Of a DNA stretch of 64,000 nt, positions 11,741 to 23,100 are shown in pieces; the stretch's first letter is position 1; every line of letters starts with the position of its first letter. Made by a program: the position numbers and the translations under genes. Below the pieces are notes generated by a model. The model was not told the origin of the DNA and ran no database searches. It was given only the letters and a program-made list of their open reading frames with translations. Where the stretch lies: contig CM120648.1 in the NCBI GenBank assembly GCA_051362555.1, positions 18,968,587 through 19,032,586 on the forward strand, written 5' to 3'. The DNA comes from Lingula anatina (taxonomy: Eukaryota; Animalia; Brachiopoda).

Positions 11741-14700
11741 GATTGGTGTGTGGGTTTGGCGGTGCTCTGTTCATTTATTTCCACAGGAAAATTATCCACT
11801 TTATACGAAAACAGAGGAAATTGTCCTCCTTTCTCCAGAAGAAGTAAGTACCAGTTACAACAGGAGTCATCCACTGTATGTGACTTACAAGAGGGTAATT
11901 ATATGACGGTGTATAGTACAAGTAAGTATCAGTTACAACAGGAGTCATCCACTGTATGTGACTTACAAGAGAGTAATTATATGACGGTGTATAGTACAAG
12001 TAAGTACCAGTTACAACAGGAGTCATCCACTGTATGTGACTTACAAGAGAGTAATTATATGACGGTGTATAGTACAAGTAAGTACCAGTTACAACAGGAG
12101 TCATCCACTGTATGTGACTTACAAGAGAGTAATTATATGACGGTGTATAGTACAAGTAAGTACCAGTTACAACAGGAGTCATCCACTGTATGTGACTTAC
12201 AAGAGAGTAATTATATGACGGTGCAACTGATTTGCACATGTATATGTCACATACAATAGACCACAAGTGTTTGTAGAGCTGCTTCAAGCATTTATAGGAT
12301 GATTACACTTGTATTTTGCTTACAACACAGTGAAGCATGTTAATATAGATGAGCGAGCAATTATCCCATTGTTGCTAACAGTAAATGTTTTTATGATTGT
12401 TATCACATAAGGAAATGTTTGGGATAATTATGTGAAAAGGACATAGTGAAGATACCTTTTATTAGCATTCAGTTTATTCCCATTTTTTTGTGTGATATAA
12501 TGTGTAGTAAATATGACATGTTTTATTTATTTCAGTCGATTCATCTATCCAACTGTGATAACATTTTATGTGTAGATATAATGTGTAGTAAATATAACAT
12601 GTTTTATTTATTTCAGTTGATTCATCTATCCTACTGTGATAACATTTTATGTGTAGATATAATGTGTAGTAAATATGATGTGTTTTATTTATTTCAGTTG
12701 ATTCATCTATCCAACTGTGATAACATTTTATGTGTAGATATAATGTGTAGTAAATATGATGTGTTTTATTTATTTCAGTTGATTCATCTATCCAACTGTG
12801 ATAACATTTTATGTGTAGATATAATGTGTAGTAAATATAACATGTTTTATTTATTTCAGTTGATTCATCTATCCAACTGTGATAACATTTTATGTGTAGA
12901 TATAATGTGTAGTAAATATAACATGTTTTATTTATTTCAGTCGATTCATCTATCCTACTGTGATAACATTTTTGATATCCACTCTATCCTTTCCCTTGGG
13001 GCTGGGGCAGTATACAGCTGGAATGGTAAGTTTTCTGGAAACATTTTTCACAAGACAAGGGCTATCTCAATTGAAACAAACAAATGATTAGTTTGTCCGA
13101 TTTTTCCAACACAACTTACCAAACCTTTTCTGCATTAGTAATAGATACCTCAAAATGTACTGAGATTATACTGGAGAAAACTGCAGTGGTATCAAAGCAT
13201 AAATTACTTTCCACACACTTTCAGTTACATCATGGAGAAGTTCAGTGTACTTTCACTTCATACACCAAGAAGACCACTGTTCTTTTATTTGACTTACTTG
13301 AGAAGTCCACTGTACCTTCACTTAAATCACTGAGAAGTGCACTGCTTTTAATTTGGCTTACTGAGAGTCCAGTGTACTTTCAGTTAACTCACTAAAAAGC
13401 CCACTGTTCATTTTATTTGACTTACTGAGAAGTTTAGCGTACTTTCAGTTTTCTCACTAAAAAGTCCACTGTAATTTCACAGGCCTACCCAGCTACCAGA
13501 CTAGGCACCAAATGTACACATTTCACAGTATGATACCCGGAACAAATTTTGAGATGAGATGCACCATTTTCCAACCCCCGATGCACACCTTGAAAACAGG
13601 TATTGTGGTCCAATCTACCGGTGAATTAGGGATCATTGGGTGCTGAGTCTGGTAGTTTGGTAGGCCTGTTTCAGTTAACTCACTGAAAAGTTCAATGTAC
13701 TTTCAGTTAACTCACCGAGAGGTTCAATATTCTTTCAGTTAACTCACCAAGAGGTTCAATATTCTTTCAGTTAACTCACCGAGAAGCTGTGAATGAGTTG
13801 TTCAGTAACTTCACATGGTCCACAGGGAAAGCAGAGAACTTAGATCTGGACCAACTAGAGGTCCTCAGTCACTGGAATCACCCGGACACCAGCGTCTATG
13901 TCACACTGACTTTGTTTATTATTATACAGGTGAGATTTACTGGCTGTATGAGAAGACCAGATATCAACCCCAGTCTAATTGTATGAAGGTTTTAAGAGTT
14001 CCAAATTGGAAAATATATCAGTTTTAACTTAACTTTAAAATATGCCGTGTGTCAATGTAAGGTTTAAATATAAATATGGATATTTTAGATATATATAATT
14101 TTAAATCTTTGTGCACTGATTTTTATGGTGTGGTATGATCTTTCAGGTTCAGTAAGGTACAGTGTAATAATGGAGTGTTGTATAGAGTGATCTCACACAA
14201 ACAGTTAACTTGTAATAATAATGGATTACATTTGTTTCCAGTTTGTGACAGCTGCTTTGGCTGGTTCTCTCCCCATTCCTGCTGGAGTGTTCATTCCTGT
14301 CTTCACTATAGGTAAGTTGTGTCATCATTTCAACACTTACTGTTGCCTTGTCAACTATTCCCCATGCTGCGGACTGCGCAATGACATATTAAAGGAAAGC
14401 TTTTTTAATAACATTTCATTTTGTTTTGTTGTGTTTGTTAAAATTGATAACATGACTGTTCAGCAGTAGGTATGAGCAGTTTGAGTTCAGGTACATTGAT
14501 AATTCTTTATTCATTTGAATAATTTTCATCATCCTTGAATAATAATCTACTAATTAATTATATATGGGTGGAAACTGAATTTAAAAATGATGCAAATGAA
14601 AGAGAATTTTAATAATTATGCTGTTCCGTGAAAAGTTTAACTTGAAAAGCACTGACCTTGACCTACAGTGACCTTGACCTACAGTGACCTGTCCACTCTG

Positions 14701-17052
14701 GTCTCACAGTGTCACACCTGAAGATCGTGACAGCTGTTGTTGTGGCTGAATGCCCATTTTCCTTCACTATGCTGCCATCTTCAGGTTAAAATTAGCTAAG
14801 AGAATGTTCTTAATTATTCCCAGGTGCTGCCTTTGGTCGTTTTGTAGGAGAGTGTTTGGCTACGTGGTTCCCCAGTGGAGTGAGGATGGGGGATCAGGTG
14901 TCTCCTATAGTCCCTGGAGGATATGCTGTAGTAGGTAAGTGTATGACTACATGGTATCCCAGTGAAGTCAGGATGGGAGAGCTGGTGTCTCCTATAGTAC
15001 CTGGAGGATATGCTGTAGTAGGTAAGTGTATGACTACATGGTATCCCAGTGAAGTCAGGATGGGAGAGCAGGTGTCTCCTATAGTACCTGGAGGATATGC
15101 TGTAGTAGGTAATATCATGTAACTCAGCAGTACTCTCTATCACTGTTAAGATTCATATTAGAGTCCTCTACAAACCCATGATAGTAACTACAGGTATGAA
15201 AATTGATCACTTCAATTATACTTGATCTAGTGTGTCAGGTATTTTAAATATTTGAAAAAAAAATGAAAATTATTATTCCAAAATGAGTTTTTCAGTACAT
15301 TATTTATTAATAAGTCAGCTGTACATGTATCTTAATGCAGCAGCTATTGCTCTTTAAGCTGGCTGATATCGCATTGGAAAAAATGTCAGTAGTATGTTCC
15401 TTTCGATGTATTTTTGCTTACATAATCATAAAATATGCGTGTATCATTTGTGTAGGAGCTGCTGCTTTGGCAGGAAGTGTTACCCACACCATTTCCACCT
15501 CTGTGATAGTGTTTGAGCTGACGGGACAGATATCCCACATTCTACCTGCTGTGGTAAGACAACTGATTGTTTGATAAATGTGATAGTGGTTGAGCTAACG
15601 GGACAGATATCCCACATTCTACCTGCTGTGGTAAGACAACTGATTGTTTGATAAATGTGATAGTGTTTGAGCTAACGGGACAGATATCCCACATTCTACC
15701 TGCTGTGGTAAGACAACTGATTGTTTGATAAATGTGATAGCGTTTGAGCTAACGGGACAGATATCCCATATTCTACCTGCTGTGGTAAGACAACTGATTG
15801 TTTGATAAATGTGATAGCGTTTGAGCTAACGGGACAGATATCCCATATTCTACCTGCTGTGGTAAGACAACTGATTGTTTGATAAATGTGATAGTGTTTG
15901 AGCTAACGGGACAGATATCCCACATTCTACCTGCTGTGGTAAGACAACTGATTGTTTGATAAATGTGATAGCGTTTGAGCTAACGGGACAGATATCCCAT
16001 ATTCTACCTGCTGTGGTAAGACAACTGATTGTTTGATAAATATGATAGTGTTTAAGCTAACGGGACAGATATCCCACATTCTACTGGCTGACAAGATTGT
16101 TGGTCTTTGAAAAATTTTAATATATTTAATCAATTTTATAAAGCCAACACTTATTTTACATTTTCTATATATCATTTGTATACTCCAGATAGCAGTGTTG
16201 ATAGCCAATGCAGTCGCCCACAGCCTTCAGCCGTCCATTTATGACAGCATCATCCAGATCAAAAGGCTGCCTTACCTGCCCGATATAATCCCCACCAAGT
16301 CCAGGTAATATGTGATATCATCCCCACCAAGTCCAGGTAATATGTGATATCATCCCCACCAAGTCCAGGTAATATGTGATATCATCCCTACCAAGTCAAG
16401 GTAATATGTGATATCATCCCCACCAAGTCAAGGTAATATGTGATATCATCCCCACCAAGTCCAGGTAATATGTGATATCATCCCCACCAAGTCCAGGTAA
16501 TAAGTGATATCATCCCTACCAAGACTAGGTAATATGTGATATCATCCCCTCCAAGTCTAGGTAATATGTGATATCATCCCCACCAAGTCCAGGTAATAAG
16601 TGATATCATCCCTACCAAGTCTAGGTAATATGTGATATCATCCCCTCCAAGTCTAGGTAATATGTGATATCATCCCCACCAAGTCCAGGCAATATGTGAT
16701 ATCATCCCTACCAAGTCCAAGTAATATGTGATATCATCCCCACCAAGTCCAGGTAATATGTGATATCATCCCCACCAAGTCCAGGTAATAAGTGATATCA
16801 TCCCTACCAAGTCTAGGTAATATGTGATATCATCCCCACCAAGTCCAGGTAATATGTGATATCATCCCTACCAAGTCCAGGTAATATGTGATATCATCCC
16901 CACCAAGTCCAAGTATTATGTGATATCATCCCCACCAAGCCCAGGTAATAATTTCAGTACAAAACATTTTTTCTGTACGTGAAATAATCCATGTCAAATG
17001 TGTTATCATATCCTTCTTGCAGCCCATATTATGTACTTGAGAAGGACTTCAT

Positions 17053-17121
<69 letters not shown>

Positions 17122-20100
17122 TGTCTGGTGTCTTTGCAGCACTTACAATGTGTTTGTGGAGGACTTCATGATCCGTGACATCAGGTTTATCAGCTATATC
17201 GCCACATACCAGGATGTGAAGAATCTATTGGAGACATCCAAGTTAAGGACATTCCCATTGGTGGATGCCCCAGGTAAAGTACACAGACATGTGTGGTAGC
17301 ACTGGTAAAGTTTTGATTCTTTCCTACCAATCAAATGGAGAAGTGCCTGAAATCCCAATCAGGAATCTCTAATGTGTTTTTAACCAGGGATGGAACCATG
17401 GTTCGTGGAAGCAGTGTTGAACCAGTAAGGTTTTTTGTTTAAAGCATAATATATGTATGAAAGCTCTTCTGTCTGCCCTTAATTTGTCCTGTCTGTTATA
17501 CCTTGAACATAGCACTGGCATAACAGGAACTCTGCTAGATTCTAAGACATGAGATTTAATAACTGAACTATATGCACAGTTATGTAGTCTTCTTACTGAG
17601 TGTTATATTCTTGGATGTCAGTTTTACATGATATTATCAGGTTGTATTGATGTATTTCATTTTGGCACTTTCCTTTGATATTCTAATGAGCTTTTTCATC
17701 TAACAGCTTAAACTGAAACACATTAATTTTTAAGTTTTAGGACACTAATATATAGTTGGGTGTGTACGGTATAATGCTATGCCATTCAGAAGACAATCAT
17801 ATCCATTATGTTGTGTATATTTCCAGAGTCCATGATTCTCCTTGGGTCTGTACAGAGACTGGAGCTGGATCTGCTACTGGAGGCTCAGCTTGGAAACAGC
17901 GCCGCCTGGCAGCAGTGGAAGAGGCATTACATAAACGGCAACAGGAAGAGGAGGAGAGGAAGAGAGCCAAGGAACAGCTGGAGAAGAGGAAGTCCCAAGG
18001 CGATACCGAGGGGACGCGACCAATGGCGGCCTGCAGTGGAGATATGTTGAACGCTGTGAAGGTCCACCGTCAGCCGTCGGCCAGGTTTACGGTGACCCCT
18101 GCCGCCAGCAAGGTGGACAGTGGTGGACAGGTCCAGTTGAAGCTGGACTCCACGGTAAACAGTGTGTGTGTGTTTGTGGATTTGAATGATAATCATAGGG
18201 ACCATTCCACAGATTTTTGGAGCAATCTATCTCCCAGGGGAGCCTCACTAAATTACTATCAACTTAACCGGCTTTAGTGTCTTTCAGGCCTAGTAAAGCT
18301 GTTAGGGGGTAATTATCTTTACCCCCTAGCTTATTTGGTGGCTGTGACAGACATTTAAGCCAGTTATTTTAAAGCAATTTATTAAGACTTCCCAGGGATG
18401 GACCGATCTAGGCATGAGAACCCAGTCTTAATCTTTATTAACCAGAGAGTTGTGATAATATATGTGAAATGATATTACTACATTATCTCTGCCATCATTC
18501 CAGCCACCAGAACAAACAGCTAATGGAGACACGCTGAAACCACACAAGTACACCAAGGCACCACAGAGAGGGATATTAAAGAAGAGTCCCCGTCCCAGCC
18601 CCCGGGCTAGTCCCAGGGCCAGTCCTAAAGGAAGTCCTCAGTCTTCACCTCGCTCTAGTCCACCAGGGTCTGCCAAGACAAGCCCCACACCCAGTCCACA
18701 GTTAGGTTAGCCAGCTCTGGGCAACTACACTGGTCTGAAAGTTAACTTTTGATGGATTAAGAATATGGCTAAGTTAAAGGACTGTCTAGAAAATATTCCA
18801 GTTTTTGTTAAAATCACACTGCAATTTCTCAGAAAAAAAAAGAATGGTAGGCCTATGGTGTATATAATTTGGTATAAAAAAACGAATGATCATGAATAAT
18901 TATTTAAAATTACTGAATTAGAGTAATGTGATTATTAAGTAATCTTTACATTAGATTGATACAAGATGAGGTTAAAAATTGCTTACATTTAAAAAGATAA
19001 TTTTAACCCTCTATAACAGGTACCTATATAGTATATACACCCTTAGGTTTATTTACCATCACACTATTGTTTTCCATGTACCTTTCTCTGTTTATTTTGA
19101 TAATGAAGTTTAATTGATTTTGATTTTACAGAAAAGAAATTCAGCATTGGGCTGGCAAAGATTTTCAAATCTCGAAGTAAAGAAAATATCGCGGACAGTA
19201 CGGCTTCCGAAGATGATGAAGCTCAGGTAACTTTGGCAACAAACTGATAAACAGCATGGAATATTTTAGTTTAAAAGTCAATATTTACAGGGTTCTGTAT
19301 TCTACTTATGAAGGATTAGCAGTGTGAGGACTCAAGTATATCTACATTATATTATATTATACATAGCATCGTGATTATCATAAGAGACATATATATATAT
19401 ATCTATATCATATTATATATAGCATCGTGAGGGTAGTGGCTAAGTTTACATTTATCAATTTATCTGTGTTTAATATTATTTTTTATTTATTTATATCTTT
19501 TGCATGTGCTGTAAGTCTGCATACATGAAGTACCAGTTTGAAGTGAAAAGTTAATACTTGAAGATATATAATATATATATAGTAATAGAGTGACCATGAT
19601 GTAAGGTTTTAGAGTATGATACTGATATTTAGGTCATCCAGCACTTGGGTTACACCATTAAAACTACCTGAAGGTCAACATACCTGTATCTACCAGGTTT
19701 GTCAACTGTTTGCCCTCTGAGTCAGTACAACAGTTAGTGTGTGGTATTACACCATTAAAACTACCTGAAGGTCAACATACCTGTATCTACCCAGGCTTGT
19801 CAACTGTTTGTCCTCTGAGTCAGTACAAGTGTCCTCCCAAGGAGGCTTGACATCATCGACTAGTAGCTAAGAAAAAAAGGACGTAAGCGACCTTTAAGAT
19901 TCTTTGTGAAACTCGACTTAGTGACGTAATGACTTGGTAACCAAGGTCTTAGTTAGGGAAACCGACCTAAGTTTTTTTGTGAAACGGGGGCCTGAAGGTC
20001 AGCATACCTGTATCTGTCCAGGCTTGTCAACTGTTTGCCTTCTGAGCCAGTATAACAGTTAGTGAATGATATTCCCGTGCTTTAAAGTCAACTTCTGTGT

Positions 20101-23100
20101 GCAAGTTGCACTTAGTGATGCACTTAGTGATTCATTCTCATGGTCTGTCTGTTTTGGAGAAATGAACATCTTGACTGGAAATGAAATGGTCTTGGTATCA
20201 TTTGTATGTATGCTATCATATTATATTTCACTATTGACAGGATTCCTCCCTGTATGAGTTGTATGTATGTTATCATATTATATTTCACTATTGCCAGGAT
20301 TCCTCCCTATATGAGTTGTATGTATGTTATCATATTATATTTCACTATTGCCAGGATTCCACCCTGTATGAGTTGTATGTATGCTATCATATTATATTTC
20401 ACTGTTGACAGGATTCCTCCCTGTATGAGTTGTATGTATGTTATCATATTATATTTCACTATTACCAGGATTCCTCCCTGTATGAGTTGTATGTATGCTA
20501 TCATATTATATTTCACTATTACCAGGATTCCTCCCTGTATGAGTTGTATGTATGTTATCATATTATATTTCACTGTTGACAGGATTCCTCCCTGTATGAG
20601 TTGTATGTATGCTATCATATTATATTTCACTATTGACAGGATTCCTCCCTGTATGAGTTGTATGTATGCTATCATATTATATTTCACTATTGACAGGATT
20701 CCTCCCTGTATGAGTTGTATGTATGTTATCATATTATATTTCACTATTACCAGGATTCCTCCCTGTATGAGTTGTATGTATGCTATCATATTATTTTTCA
20801 CTATTGCCAGGATTCCTCCCTGTATGAGTTGTATGTATGTTATCATATTATATTTCACTATTGACAGGATTCCTCCCTATATGAGTTGTATGTGTGCTAT
20901 CATATTATATTTCACTATTGACAGGATTCCTCCCTATATGAGTTGGACCCTGAGTCAGACAGGTTCTTACACAGGCGTGGCAAACATGCCCATGTAAAGT
21001 TGGTAAGAAGATGGCTGCTGCTTAACAAACCACTTTTTATTTGATCATGTGACTTGTTATCTAGTCATGTGACCACAGCTTTTGACCACATGTTTTGCCA
21101 TTGTTTCACAACTTTTGACTGCAGTGTGTAGGTAATTTAATTTTTGTAGCAGATTGCTGTGATTGTGTTTTATCATAACCCATTTTATGTTTGTAGTTTC
21201 AAGCAAGACTGTTGCCATTGTGTGGCTTAGTTTTAGTTTTCTTATATGGTAAAATTTTCAGAGCTGCCCTTGTGTCTGTAAGTATAGCTTGATGATTGCA
21301 GTTGTCAAAGTGTGCAGGTTGTTATCAATTTTCTGTTTGGATTTTGCTAAGAATAATATTGGAATGCTGTTGTTTTGCTGTGATCATTTTTGAGGATGAG
21401 ACAAAGGCATGACTACAGGTAATGTTGTTATAGATAGACTTAGGAAACTATAGAGAAATACACTTATATAGCTGATTAAAAAGAACAGAACCCATTTGTC
21501 AAAATGTAATGAAAAGTACATTCTAATCATTTTGTAGGGGTGTTCTAACAAAAACAGCATCTGCACCAAAAGCTGCTTCTGTTTTGATATTTTTTTCTGC
21601 TCGCAGTGAAAACCAATATGTTTTGTCTACAAAATCATTTTCATTTGTATTGAAGCATATAATTTGAGACTCTGACTGCTTGGATTGATATACAGTTTTA
21701 TTTTATAAAAAATTGTATTATTATTTTCTTTCTTGTCATCAATTAATAGTCTTCACATCCAAAAGAACTTCATAGCAACCAAGATGAGACACTATAAAAC
21801 CTGGACTGGTTTTCTAACTGTTCATGTAGTTCAAACCCCATAAATGTGTCTGGCATATTTAATAAACGACACATGCAGATATCAAAGAATCGTCAAAAGT
21901 TGGAGCACATTTACTCTCCCTAAAGGTTGCCGCCTTAGTGCAGAGTATCAATTTGTGAAATTGTCCTCTCTTGTTGTTCACTGGCTGTGGTAATTGAGTT
22001 GTGTTATCTTGTAAACTGTTATGAGGGGAATTATGCAATGGCTGCTGCCCAGAAACCTATTAAATATATAGATAAACACTGATTTATAACATTCTCAACA
22101 GATGATATTGTGCAAACAATTCTGTTGGGAAGTATAAATTGGCATATGAACAAAAACCAGTTGAAAATCAAGATGAACATGCACTGATATTGACAGGGGT
22201 CAGCTGCTCTCTGCTTTCTCTGTGCACCAGTTTATAATTACTAGTTGTACATATTTGGGGAAGTTCCTTAACTGACTGCCACTCCCCCACCACTCCTTCA
22301 CAATGGTGATCTTCATCTGAAATCTACTAATGAGACTATCATGTTTCTTACTACTATCTATACTTTCCTGTGTACATCATTAATACCTTGCATGTTGAGG
22401 CCTGGTGGCCTAAAATATCTTATGATTTATGGTGGTTCATCCATTGGCATGCTTTAATAATATGTCTTTATGTTTACTAACACCTTTATTATTTGATTTC
22501 AGTTGTCAAGAAATACCCTTCCTCCTTACTTTCTCTTTAAATTTTATAGTACAGGGATGGGAGCATCCTCCTTCAAATTTTGAATTACAGGGATGGAAAT
22601 TTCCCAAGGTTTTAGCAGAAAAGACAACTACATTTTGTTAGAAATGCTACAAGAGTAGGAGACGTCAGTGTTGAAAAGTAGGTGCAGGTTCCTTTCTCTC
22701 CAAACATTGTTTGTTCCCATCCCTGTACATGATATGTAGCAGTTAAAACACCATTAAACCAGCACTTTGATGTGCAGCATATTTAAGACACCATTCCCAG
22801 AGCCTATCGCACTAACTTTGGATCGGTTCAGGGGGATTCCCACTAAATTGCTATCAAATTAAGCAGTTAGATGTCTCTCACACCCACTGAAGCTGTCAGG
22901 GGGTAATTAACTCATTAAGCAGCTTAAGTAGGTGTGCCAGACATCTAAGCTGCTTAAACTGAAAGCAATTTAGGGAGAAACCCCTTGGAGATAGTTCAAT
23001 CTTCTAAGATCGATCTAGGCATGGTAACCCAGTCTTATACCTTATTAGTCAACTCTCACTAGTGGGCTAGATTTGGTCTTAAAGTGCAATTTAAGTTCAC

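Noticed and set aside
11687-13087. ORFs of 190, 170 and 213 aa with repeated peptides
   Set aside because: They arise from 78- and 81-bp tandem repeats that lack stops in one frame; the real CLC exons use a different frame.
16282-16950. 32-bp repeat array resembling CRISPR in unit size
   Set aside because: Head-to-tail repeats without unique spacers, no cas genes, eukaryotic intron context.
17056-17110. (TA)n microsatellite; others at ~55075-55138 and ~63126-63160
   Set aside because: Ordinary simple repeats.
20206-20997. 263-aa and 183-aa repetitive ORFs
   Set aside because: Translations of the 57-bp intronic array.
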